From Candidatus Fokinia solitaria (GTDB lineage: Bacteria > Pseudomonadota > Alphaproteobacteria > Rickettsiales > Midichloriaceae), in NCBI RefSeq assembly GCF_003072485.1, contig NZ_CP025989.1:120001-152000 (forward strand): DNA of 32,000 nt. Direction: 5' to 3'. How positions within the stretch are numbered: position 1 is the stretch's first letter; every line of letters begins with the position of its first letter. The translations under genes were made by a program, and so were the position numbers. This document shows, one piece after another, positions 18,302 through 27,080 of this stretch. The notes beneath the pieces were generated by a model. It was not told the origin of the DNA, ran no database searches, and saw only the letters and a list, made by a program, of their open reading frames with translations.

Positions 18302-18826
18302 CTACGGAGTATCTTGCGCATCTTTTGTGGAGGTATCTTCCGTAGGCGTAGTATCTGCAGGAGTATCTTCCGTAGGCGTAGTGTCCGCAGTGGTATCTTC
18401 CGTAGGCGTAGTGTCTGCAGATATAGCTTGAGTTTCTGTAATTATTCCTTTCTTTTTGAGGTTATTTTTAAGATCTTCTCTTTCTTCCGCGAGTGCAGAT
18501 GGTTGTGACTTTCTTTTTTGTTCTTCCTCTGCTTGTTTCGACTGTCTTATAAGTTCTGCGACTGAAATGTGATACTTATGAGAAATTTCGACAAGTTCGT
18601 GTAGCGATTTTTCTACCTCATCAGGAATAGTGATTTGTTTTTCACTTAATGCTTTCATCTGAAATTCTATAGGATTATCCTTCTTAGGATATCCGACAGA
18701 TATTGTAATTTGAGATGGTGCACCATTTATGAACGCAGTGACCGGTATTTTTGCGATTTCCGGGACTTTTTTAACCTTCTGACATAGAGGCTTCATAAAA
18801 TTTTCTGTATCGGATTGATCCGGCAT
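18302..18826 (-). CDS. Hypothetical acidic tandem-repeat protein with RHH-like central segment
   Basis: 174 aa. The C-terminus carries three ADTTPTEDTx decapeptides encoded by 30-bp repeats. The central ITIPDEVEKSLHELVEISHKYHISVAELIRQS resembles a ribbon-helix-helix pattern. No family recognised. Confidence 0.6.
   Translation of the reverse strand: MPDQSDTENFMKPLCQKVKKVPEIAKIPVTAFINGAPSQITISVGYPKKDNPIEFQMKALSEKQITIPDEVEKSLHELVEISHKYHISVAELIRQSKQAEEEQKRKSQPSALAEEREDLKNNLKKKGIITETQAISADTTPTEDTTADTTPTEDTPADTTPTEDTSTKDAQDTP
18331..18420. repeat. 30-bp direct tandem repeat, 3 near-identical units (plus a degenerate unit at 18301-18330)
   Basis: Units at 18331-18360, 18361-18390 and 18391-18420: GTATCTTCCGTAGGCGTAGTRTCYGCAG.. 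with 2-3 substitutions between units. In-frame within the CDS 18302-18826. Confidence 0.92.
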
Positions 18827-18947
18827 TCTTTATGGTAGAGAGTAGCGTTATTTGAATTGTATAAGTGTTATCTTTTATATGCAATAGATATTGACTTGTG
18901 ATATAAATTTTACTCTAATTAAAGATAATATAAATATTTTAAAAAAT

Positions 18948-19670
18948 ATGATGTCGCGTCGCGTATTAATAACCGGTGGTATAAAAGGGCTTGGTAAAGC
19001 TATTGCGAAAAAGTTTTACGAAAGCGGTTATACAGTTGCTGTCACTTATAATTCTGATAAAGCAGCAGCAACGGCAATAGAAAAAAGTATTGTCACAAAG
19101 GCTTTTTGCTGGGATGTAGGTAATTTTGAAGAATGTCAGTTTCACATTTCCGCAGTGGAAGATTATTTAGGTGGAAATGTAGAAATTTTGATTAACAATG
19201 CGGGTATTACGCAGGATAGAATGTTTCATAAAACCGAGCATAATGATTGGGAATCAGTACTGCGCACCAATTTATTTTCGGTATTCAACATGTCTCGTTG
19301 TGTAATACAGAAAATGAGAGATAATAAATTCGGTAGGATCATCAATATTAGTTCTGTAAATGCCAATGGTATGTTAGGACAGACAAATTATTCTGCTTCT
19401 AAAGCTGGAATAGAAGGCTTTACAAAAGCACTTGCTTTGGAAAATGCTGCATTAGGAATTACAGTTAATGCAATTGCACCTGGATACCTTGGTACGGATA
19501 TGGTGATGCATATGAAACAAGAAGATTTACAGAGAGTAGTTTCAAAAATACCAATAGGTAGACTTGGTACTCCTGAAGAAATCGCAGAAATTGCAGCATT
19601 TTTAGCTAAAAATAGTACTGCTTTTATCACAGGTGCAGTGATTAATGCGAACGGAGGTTTGCGGGTATAG
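18948..19670 (+). CDS. phbB: Acetoacetyl-CoA reductase-like short-chain dehydrogenase (PhbB/FabG family)
   Basis: 240 aa from the ATG at 18948. Has TGGIKGLGKAIA (Rossmann), NNAGITQDRMFHK, FGRIINISSVN, NYSASKAG and GITVNAIAPGY. Closer by eye to PhaB than to FabG. The track ORF start at 18891 is an unlikely TTG extension. Confidence 0.83.
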   Translation: MMSRRVLITGGIKGLGKAIAKKFYESGYTVAVTYNSDKAAATAIEKSIVTKAFCWDVGNFEECQFHISAVEDYLGGNVEILINNAGITQDRMFHKTEHNDWESVLRTNLFSVFNMSRCVIQKMRDNKFGRIINISSVNANGMLGQTNYSASKAGIEGFTKALALENAALGITVNAIAPGYLGTDMVMHMKQEDLQRVVSKIPIGRLGTPEEIAEIAAFLAKNSTAFITGAVINANGGLRV

Positions 19671-19673
19671 TAG

Positions 19674-20294
19674 TTAAAAACGCGATAAAGATTTGAGTGC
19701 TTCCTGAAGTAGTTGTTCTTTGGTAATGTCGTAGGACAATTTTTGTGAGATGATATCAAGAGTTTTCTGCGCATCATTTTTATTGAAGCCGAGATATATC
19801 AATGCCTCTAGTGTCTCATGATATATACTCGGCAATGGAGCTTGTTTGTTGTTTTCCGAATAAGTGCTTCTATCTATCTCTGTGTATAATCTTTTAAACG
19901 CATTCGCGGTATTTAATTCGGTTACCATTCTCGTAGCTATTTTTTTCCCTATACCGCTTATTCTTTCAAAAACACTGACTTTACTATCTCCAATAGCATC
20001 AATTATCTCAGCGACGGATAGTTCGCCTAGTATTGTTATTGCTAGTTTTGCGCCTATACCATGTACTCCTTTCAATAATTGAAATATCTTCTTTTCCTGT
20101 TTCGTTGTGAAGCCGAAAAGCTGTACCGCATCTTCTCTAAATTGCTGTTCGACATAAAATGCGACTTTATCTCCAATCTGAAGAGATTTGGCGATGTGTG
20201 GCGCACAATACACTATATATCCTATGTCATGTACGTTTAATAACACGTAATCATGTTCGAATTCTTGCACTGTACCTTCTATGTATCCTATCAT
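19674..20294 (-). CDS. ruvA: Holliday junction branch-migration complex subunit RuvA
   Basis: 206 aa. MIGYIEGTV..DYVLLNVHDIGYIV N-terminal OB domain and HhH region (GVHGIGAKLAITIL, ISGIGKKIATRMV). No ruvB downstream. Confidence 0.9.
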   Translation of the reverse strand: MIGYIEGTVQEFEHDYVLLNVHDIGYIVYCAPHIAKSLQIGDKVAFYVEQQFREDAVQLFGFTTKQEKKIFQLLKGVHGIGAKLAITILGELSVAEIIDAIGDSKVSVFERISGIGKKIATRMVTELNTANAFKRLYTEIDRSTYSENNKQAPLPSIYHETLEALIYLGFNKNDAQKTLDIISQKLSYDITKEQLLQEALKSLSRF

Positions 20295-20370
20295 TTGCTT
20301 AATAAATTTTTCCGACGTTGCGAATTGCAGTCGTTTTAGTTATCTTACGCATATAGGAAATATAGGAAAT

Positions 20371-21219
20371 GTGGTGAAAAGTATAGAATTGAAAGTGTTA
20401 GTACTAGTGTACTGCATTATATGTCTTTCCTCTTGTACTACAACTCGTCAGTCTCTGCTTGTTGTTGATGGACAGAGTAGCGATCTTTTGCAAGAGCATG
20501 AAGAAGCAGAGTGCGATACGATAAAGGATGTACAAGAAGAAGCATCGAAAGAAGTAGGAATGCCAGTACGATCTTCTGCTGCGGTGGAAAATGTTTCCGA
20601 TACTGAATCACGGAATCAAGAAAAAAATAGTGATGATGGTGCTGAGCAGAAAGTGCCAGAAGTTACAGCAGAAGCAAAGGAGCATGATAATTCCACTGTT
20701 GAGGTGCAGCAGGTATATGAAAAGCGAAAAGAGGACGTTGAAGCTGACGAATATTCAAAAGATAGTATCTCGCATAAACATGAGAAGAGCGTTGCTTCAT
20801 CTGAGCAGCAGGAAGATGTATCATCATCTGTGCAGGGTATAAGAAGCGCTAATCCGATGAAGGATAAATCATTTATGTGGCCAGTCTCTGGATCAGTATT
20901 AAAGCATATAGAGCAGCAAAATGACGATTTCAGAGATGGTATTACAATAAAAGCAAAAAGCGGTACTTCAGTATTCTCCGCTGCTGATGGAGTTGTGATA
21001 CTTTGTAAGCATGGTAATGAAGTATACGGTAATTATGTCGTAGTAAAGCATGGAAAGTATACCGTTACGTATGGCAATTTGAAAAGTATTGAGATCAAAA
21101 AAGGACAGCAAATCAAAAAGGGAAGTATAATAGGTACAGTAGGTAGAACAGGGCAAGCTAAGCAACCACAGCTTTTCTTTTCAGTAAAGAAAAAAGGAAT
21201 AGTAATTAATCCAGAATAA
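20371..21219 (+). CDS. Lipoprotein with degenerate M23/LytM domain (NlpD/EnvC-like, probably non-catalytic)
   Basis: GTG start at 20371 gives VVKSIELKVLVLVYCIICLSSC (lipobox LSSC). A long acidic linker follows, then a C-terminal LytM fold (WPVSG..GITIKAKSGTSVFSAADGVV..GNYVVVKHG..GRTGQAKQPQLFFSV). The HxxxD and HxH metal ligands are replaced (RDGIT, QLF). Confidence 0.75.
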   Translation: MVKSIELKVLVLVYCIICLSSCTTTRQSLLVVDGQSSDLLQEHEEAECDTIKDVQEEASKEVGMPVRSSAAVENVSDTESRNQEKNSDDGAEQKVPEVTAEAKEHDNSTVEVQQVYEKRKEDVEADEYSKDSISHKHEKSVASSEQQEDVSSSVQGIRSANPMKDKSFMWPVSGSVLKHIEQQNDDFRDGITIKAKSGTSVFSAADGVVILCKHGNEVYGNYVVVKHGKYTVTYGNLKSIEIKKGQQIKKGSIIGTVGRTGQAKQPQLFFSVKKKGIVINPE

Positions 21220-21296
21220 AGTGATTTCTGCAGTAATGTGATGTATTGTATCTCGTTTCTTATGTACAGTTGACAGAGTGGTGATGCTTTAGTAAT

Positions 21297-22592
21297 GTGT
21301 CGCGGTATACAAAAGTGATAAGAAAAATTGTGTTTATCATTGAGAATATTAGAGCGATTGAGGTGTTGGATAGTAGGGGCAATCCTACAATCGAAGCTAT
21401 TGTTACGTTAGCTGATGGAGCTGTAGGGAAGTTTATTGCACCTAGTGGTGCTTCCGTAGGAATGTATGAAGCAGTCGCAAAGAGAGATGACGATGGCTTT
21501 AGTGTGAAGAATATAATTGATGATGGTTTATCAAGAGTACAAGTCTTGTGTGGAATGAGTTTTCCTTCACAGTTGGAGTTTGATACAGCATTAGCTGGTA
21601 TTGATGGCACTGTTGATAAAAGTGTACTAGGAGGGAATTTTTGTATTGCTGTTTCAGTTGCATTCTGTGTGGCATGCGCTTCTAAGAAGAATGTATCGAT
21701 ATCTCATTATATAAGCACTTTAATGGAGATGCGTGGATATACCGTTGAAGATAGAAAGCATAAGTGTACTCCTATGCTGAATGTAATAAATGGTGGAATG
21801 CATGCAGTTGGAGGATTGGATTTTCAAGAGATTATGATTACTCCAATGATATTTGATACTATATCGGAAAAAATAATTGCAGGAGCGAAGATATTTTGCG
21901 AGCTTAAAAGAATTTTCAAAGAGAAAGATTATAGTATAAATGTTGGCGATGAGGGAGGGGTAAGTTTTGGTGGCGGTAATATAATGGCAGCTTTTGATAT
22001 TCTGAATGAAGCAATTGTAAGAGCAGGCTATAACCTTGATAATGTAAAGATTTCGCTTGATGTAGCAGCTTCTAATTTCTGCGAAATGAAAGATGAAAGT
22101 TTCCTGTACAACTTGTCAGAATTTAAACATCCTCTCTCTTCTGAGCAATTATGCGAGTTTTATTGCGATCTTGTGAAGCAGTGTGGCAATGTATTAAGTA
22201 TTGAAGATCCGTTTCATGAAGAAGATGAAAAGGGATGGATGATGATTATGAAGAAGTTAGGAAAAGAAGTGATGATTGTTGGAGATGATTTATTTGTAAC
22301 GAATCAAGAAATAATTCGCAGTAAAAAAGCATCTGCAAACGCAATCATTATAAAGCCTAATCAAATCGGATTATTATCGGAAGCGATGGAAGCTGTAATG
22401 TTAGCAAAATCTAATGATATGATGTTAGTGTTTTCTCATAGATCAGGAGATACGGAAGAACATACCATTGCAGATATTGCTTATGGTTGTGGTAGCGATT
22501 TTGTGAAATTCGGCGCGCCATGCAGAGGAGAACGTACAAGTAAATATAATCAATTGCTGAGAATATATCATGAATTCGAAGGCGGAGAGTAA
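21297..22592 (+). CDS. eno: Enolase (phosphopyruvate hydratase)
   Basis: 431 aa. Motifs: IEVLDSRGNPTIEA, PSGASVG, VGDEGG, LDVAAS, SIEDP, VGDDLFVTN, IIKPNQIG, SHRSGDTE, KYNQLLRI. Start is uncertain (GTG 21297 or GTG 21315). Confidence 0.9.
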   Translation: MSRYTKVIRKIVFIIENIRAIEVLDSRGNPTIEAIVTLADGAVGKFIAPSGASVGMYEAVAKRDDDGFSVKNIIDDGLSRVQVLCGMSFPSQLEFDTALAGIDGTVDKSVLGGNFCIAVSVAFCVACASKKNVSISHYISTLMEMRGYTVEDRKHKCTPMLNVINGGMHAVGGLDFQEIMITPMIFDTISEKIIAGAKIFCELKRIFKEKDYSINVGDEGGVSFGGGNIMAAFDILNEAIVRAGYNLDNVKISLDVAASNFCEMKDESFLYNLSEFKHPLSSEQLCEFYCDLVKQCGNVLSIEDPFHEEDEKGWMMIMKKLGKEVMIVGDDLFVTNQEIIRSKKASANAIIIKPNQIGLLSEAMEAVMLAKSNDMMLVFSHRSGDTEEHTIADIAYGCGSDFVKFGAPCRGERTSKYNQLLRIYHEFEGGE

Positions 22593-22622
22593 AGCCGCTA
22601 AAAGTGTTCTTCGAGGCAAACG

Positions 22623-23225
22623 CTATACAGTTTTTTGTATAAACCTGTTAACGTGTTGCGTTCTGTTTTCGAAAAACGTGTTGTTTTTGTGATTTAACTC
22701 TATTACTTTCTTCGCTATGAAGTAAGTAATTTGATGCAATTCAGTTGTATTATTTATTAAAGTATGATTGAGTTTTGGCGCAATCGCTTCCACATCACTA
22801 ATCATTTTTTCCACGAATGCATATTTGTCTTTTGCGTGTGCAAAGGACGGTCTGATATCACGCCTCATCAAACGTTCATACAAGATGTCTTTATCCGCAA
22901 GTATAGCGATAGATATCGATTTCTCCTTTATTACGTTGTATAAAGTCGGAGTAAATGTAATATTGCCACTTGCTGATATTACCGATATTCCATAGCTTAG
23001 TATTTCCTTTAAAGTCTGTGCTTCTAATTGAGCAAGATACTCTTCGCCCATAAAATCATATATTTCGGTGATAGAAAGCATTTTTCGACTTTCTATAACG
23101 GAATCTACGTCATAGAATGGCAATTTTAATTTTTTTGCCAATCTTCTGCCTATAGCACTTTTACCGGAACCCATTGGCCCTACTAATACGACAGATTTGG
23201 TGATATTTTTGACATTCTGTAACAT
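22623..23225 (-). CDS. Shikimate-kinase-like P-loop kinase (AroK family, atypical)
   Basis: 200 aa. VLVGPMGSGKSAIGRRLAKKLKLPFYDVDSVIE matches the AroK N-terminus. The GGG shikimate loop reads SASGN, the FR..E arginine appears replaced (LAQLE), and there is an extended C-terminus. Confidence 0.68.
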   Translation of the reverse strand: MLQNVKNITKSVVLVGPMGSGKSAIGRRLAKKLKLPFYDVDSVIESRKMLSITEIYDFMGEEYLAQLEAQTLKEILSYGISVISASGNITFTPTLYNVIKEKSISIAILADKDILYERLMRRDIRPSFAHAKDKYAFVEKMISDVEAIAPKLNHTLINNTTELHQITYFIAKKVIELNHKNNTFFENRTQHVNRFIQKTV

Positions 23226-24259
23226 ATTTTTTTCAAAAATTTAAAAATTCGTTCATTAGAAAAGATTTATTTTTGTATGATGACTAGATTTCTTTGATCT
23301 CATAGCTTGAAAAAAGGCCTCTATTGTGCAGCAAACAAAGGAGAAAAAATATCTTATATAAAAATGCTAACACAGGCGAAAATTTTGTAGCAATACTTTT
23401 TTCAAATGTTAACTGATAAGTTATGTAAAATGTGAACACATATACACTCTTGTCATAGAAATTATGTGGATTTTCATTGTATTAATAATTTCTCTAAGAG
23501 AAGATGGATATTTATGTTATGATCATCAGATATGCTTAAAATGCGATGATTATCGAGAAAATATTGTGTACTGACGAGATATTGCAGAAGTAAGTATGCC
23601 AAAGAGTTACCTTCATATGAAATTTATATGAATATTAGTGAAGGAAATGATGTACGTAATTGCATAATAGTAGCCGTACAATGGATTGTACTGTTATTGA
23701 TATCTTATTATAGAATCGATTATGACTATATGAACGTAATAAAAAAATGATGTATTTCTCTCATAAGATGTAAGCTAGATTTTTAGCGTATTTCTGTAGT
23801 CTATTACTATGTTATGAAATTCACTTACACTTTAGAAAATATTTACATTTCTTCAAAAGAGCTAAGTTCTGCATAAATGATAAAACGCCTTCTTATGCTG
23901 AATTGCGTAGCAAAAGAAGTAATACAATCTATATGAGGAAATGAGAAAATAATAAGAAAGATTTAACCGATTTAGTAAATTGAGAAAAGAACAAGGCGCG
24001 AAAGGCGCATAACGCACAAGAGGCTTAATATATCGTCATAACTTCAATAAAAGAAAGTACTTCTACATATATCAGAGGTATAAAACTCAAGCAGCTTTTT
24101 TCGATGAGGTGGCAAAATTCAATTAACGCAGTAAACACTGGTATCAGATAGAAGAGATATATACAGCCTCCACGGAAACTTTGCCTACTACTATCAAAGG
24201 CGTCTACAAACTATCTAGTAGAACGACAAAGATTTTACGCTACTTTTTAGTATTTTCTG
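23226..24259. other. About 1.03-kb AT-rich region with no ORF of 60 codons or more in any frame
   Basis: The six-frame track is empty here. No tRNA-like, tmRNA, RNase P or SRP motifs recognised by eye. It sits where rplV would normally follow rpsS. Confidence 0.6.
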
Positions 24260-24547
24260 CTACTTTCTGTTAGAACCGTGTCCTTTAAAAGTTCTAGTAG
24301 GAGAAAATTCACCAAGTTTCTTTCCAACCATTTCTTCTTTTATCATAACGGCTACATGTTTTCTTCCATTATGCACTGCCAGCACCAATCCAACAAACTC
24401 CGGTACTATAGTGCAACTTCTCGACCACGTTTTAATAGGCTTTTGATCATTTTCCTGCATTGCTTTTTTCACTTTTCTCAAAAGTCTCGGATCGACGTAA
24501 GGCAATCTTCTTACCTCTCTTTCTTTCTTTTGTTGAGCCTGCGACAT
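24260..24547 (-). CDS. rpsS: 30S ribosomal protein S19
   Basis: 95 aa. [60 protein letters not shown] matches S19. The N-terminus is a few residues longer than E. coli S19. Confidence 0.95.
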   Translation of the reverse strand: MSQAQQKKEREVRRLPYVDPRLLRKVKKAMQENDQKPIKTWSRSCTIVPEFVGLVLAVHNGRKHVAVMIKEEMVGKKLGEFSPTRTFKGHGSNRK

Positions 24548-24572
24548 ATTTGATTATCAAAGATTAGAAAAA

Positions 24573-25406
24573 TTATTTATTTTTTACGTGAACAATGAAC
24601 TTATCTGTTCTCTTATTCTTTCTTGTTTTTAGTCCTTTAGTACCTTTACCCCAAGGAGTAACAGGATGTCTACCTCCAGAAGTCTTTCCTTCTCCACCGC
24701 CATGAGGGTGATCGACTGGATTCATCGCCACACCTCTTACAGTTGGCCTTACTCCCATCCACCTTTTTCTACCTGCTTTTGCGAATTTTATGTTTCTATT
24801 ATCCTGATTTGATACAACTCCTACTGTAGCAAAACATGTTCTCAATACTTTTCTTGTGATAGTTGCTTTACCTGATTTCAATCTTACCAGAACATAGTCA
24901 CCATCGCTACCAGTGACCATTGCAGAGCATCCTGCAGATCTTACCAATTGTCCGCCTTTATTAGGCTTTAATTCGATATTATGTACTACCGTACCAGATG
25001 GCATCTTTCCCAAGGGAAGCGTATTACCTACCTTTATCTCTGCGCTATCGGAAGAGATGACGGTATCGCCTACCTTGAGGTTATGTGGTGCGATAATATA
25101 AGAATACTCGCCATCGGAGTATTTGATTAAAGCTATAAAAGAAGTTCTGTTAGGATCGTATTCTAACCTCTCAACAGTTGCTTGTACGTCTAATTTCCTT
25201 CTTTTAAAATCTATGATTCGGTACTTTACTTTATGTCCTCCACCTTTATGACGCACTGTGATGCGCCCCATGTTATTGCGCCCGCCACTCTTATTCAATG
25301 AGGTAACTAAGCCCTTAAATGGCTTTCCTGCCCACAAATCATCGCGTGCAACCGACACCAAGCCTCTAGTAGAGGAACACATAGGTCTGTAAAATTTTAG
25401 CGACAT
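24573..25406 (-). CDS. rplB: 50S ribosomal protein L2
   Basis: 277 aa. [69 protein letters not shown]. Confidence 0.97.
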   Translation of the reverse strand: MSLKFYRPMCSSTRGLVSVARDDLWAGKPFKGLVTSLNKSGGRNNMGRITVRHKGGGHKVKYRIIDFKRRKLDVQATVERLEYDPNRTSFIALIKYSDGEYSYIIAPHNLKVGDTVISSDSAEIKVGNTLPLGKMPSGTVVHNIELKPNKGGQLVRSAGCSAMVTGSDGDYVLVRLKSGKATITRKVLRTCFATVGVVSNQDNRNIKFAKAGRKRWMGVRPTVRGVAMNPVDHPHGGGEGKTSGGRHPVTPWGKGTKGLKTRKNKRTDKFIVHVKNK

Positions 25407-25712
25407 TACTCGAAATGCTTCTATTACTGAACTCGCACATGCTATAACAAAGAATGCAATAAATCAATAACTTAGGGATAGCGAGAACGATTTGTTAATG
25501 AATCTGCACTCTGAAATCTATGAGACCTTTATTAGCGAGATGTTATATTGTTGTATTGAAAATTTTCGTAAAAATGTTGCTGTTAATTGTTATAGATACA
25601 TGAGAAATAGTGCAATGTGTTGTAGTAGTTTTTATATAAAGCTTCAGAACATAATTCGTATTGTTTTATATATTGAAAAAGTACTCTGATAACCGATTTA
25701 TAAAAAATGTAA

Positions 25713-27080
25713 ATGCAGCGTTCTAGAATTAATCTCGTAGTGATTAAAAACGATATTAGATTGCACGATAATCCAGCTTTATTTTATGCAGCGAATCAAG
25801 ATTTGCCGATTATAGTAGTATGTATAGATGAAAAATTGACAGGTCACGCTAGTAGATGGTGGAGATTGAATGCTGTACGAAACTTTATGGACGTATTAGC
25901 GGATTATAAGATACAAGTAATATTCGTTGAAAATATATTAGCGGATTTTCATATGATAGTAGCATTTTTTGAAATAGCTGGAATTTATCACAATGACGAT
26001 TTGCCTAAATTCTTACTTACAATGTTGATTGAGTGTCATATTACGCTTCATAAATTTTATCCTAATCGATTATTTAGCGACGCTTTTAGTGATGTGCAAA
26101 TTAAAGTCTTTAGTGCGTTTATTAAAAAAGCATTGGATAGACTTGAAGAAATAGCAGTAATGTTACCGTTACCGCGATTTCGTAGTATTCACGATTCTTA
26201 TCGTTTGCGTAACGTAATGTGCGCAATCCCTCAAATAAAAGGGATAAAATGGTGGAGTGAAATGGAAAATTATTGGCAAATAGGTGAAAAATTTGCTTTG
26301 CAGAAATGGCAATTATTTCAAGAGAATGCGCGAGAAAGAAGCATATTACTGTATGCAGAACGTAGAGATATCATGTCTGTTAACGGTACTTCATTACTTT
26401 CTCCTCATATCCACTTTGGAGAAATAAGTGTAAGGCGAATGCTATGTGATATAAAATCAATGCTTGTAGATCAATCTGTTCACAAATTTCTCTCAGAATT
26501 ATTTTGGCGAGAGTTTTCTTATCATACTTTGGAACATATGCCAGACTACTACTATCGCTCAAAATTAGCGCACTTTGATAAAATAGAATGGATAGAGAAT
26601 GATTTGATAATAAAGAAATGGCAGTGCGGTAAAACGGGATATCCTATTGTAGATGCTGGTATGAGGCAATTATGGAAGATCGGATGGTTACCTAACAGAG
26701 TAAGGATGATTGTAGCATCATTTCTAATCAAGAATTTGCATGTGAAGTGGCAGTATGGCGCAGCGTGGTTTTTGGATACTTTGGTAGATGCTGATGTTGC
26801 AAGTAATGCATTTGGATGGCAATGGATATCAGGAAGTGGAGTTAGCGCATCTCCTTATTTTAGAGTGATGAATCCGTTTTTACAAAGTAGGAAATTTGAT
26901 AAAGATGGAGAATACATAAAACGATGGATACATGAGCTAAGAGATGTTCCGGCTAAGCATTTGCATGATGTACTGCATGAGCAGCAGTATATTTCGCCGA
27001 TAGTTGATTTATCTACAACAAAAGCCGCTTTCTTGAAAAAATGTATGATGGCAAGTCGCAATGCAGATCTTGAGAATTAA
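25713..27080 (+). CDS. phrB: Deoxyribodipyrimidine photolyase (class I CPD photolyase/cryptochrome family)
   Basis: 455 aa. N-terminal DIRLHDNPAL. FAD-binding C-terminus: WREFSYH, TGYPIVDAGMRQLWKIGWLPNRVRMIVASFLIKNL, DADVASNAFGWQWISGSG, PYFRVMNP. Confidence 0.9.
   Translation: MQRSRINLVVIKNDIRLHDNPALFYAANQDLPIIVVCIDEKLTGHASRWWRLNAVRNFMDVLADYKIQVIFVENILADFHMIVAFFEIAGIYHNDDLPKFLLTMLIECHITLHKFYPNRLFSDAFSDVQIKVFSAFIKKALDRLEEIAVMLPLPRFRSIHDSYRLRNVMCAIPQIKGIKWWSEMENYWQIGEKFALQKWQLFQENARERSILLYAERRDIMSVNGTSLLSPHIHFGEISVRRMLCDIKSMLVDQSVHKFLSELFWREFSYHTLEHMPDYYYRSKLAHFDKIEWIENDLIIKKWQCGKTGYPIVDAGMRQLWKIGWLPNRVRMIVASFLIKNLHVKWQYGAAWFLDTLVDADVASNAFGWQWISGSGVSASPYFRVMNPFLQSRKFDKDGEYIKRWIHELRDVPAKHLHDVLHEQQYISPIVDLSTTKAAFLKKCMMASRNADLEN

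Noticed and set aside
18301-18420. 30-bp direct repeats as a possible CRISPR array
   Set aside because: The units are contiguous with no spacers, lie in-frame inside a CDS, and no cas genes are present.
18314-18508. Plus-strand 64-aa Arg-rich repeat ORF (IFRRRS..)
   Set aside because: It is a mirror reading of the 30-bp tandem repeat. The minus-strand 174-aa frame is longer, has a plausible non-repeat N-terminal domain, and fits the divergent promoter region.
20281-20370. Upstream extension of the M23 lipoprotein ORF (track start 20281)
   Set aside because: It would overlap the ruvA start on the other strand and place about 30 non-signal residues before the lipoprotein signal peptide. The GTG at 20371 gives a canonical signal peptide and lipobox.
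23226-24259. tmRNA, RNase P RNA, SRP RNA or a decayed rplV in the 1-kb gap
   Set aside because: Reading both strands, I found no tRNA-like acceptor/T-arm, no tag-peptide reading frame ending in a hydrophobic ..AA stop, no GAGGAAAGTCC-type RNase P core and no L22-like peptide remnants. This cannot be excluded without a covariance-model scan.
25492-25689. 65-aa ORF in the rplB-phrB intergenic region
   Set aside because: It is Cys/Asn/Ile-rich with no motifs, and an ORF of this size is expected by chance. The region is more likely to hold the divergent promoters.
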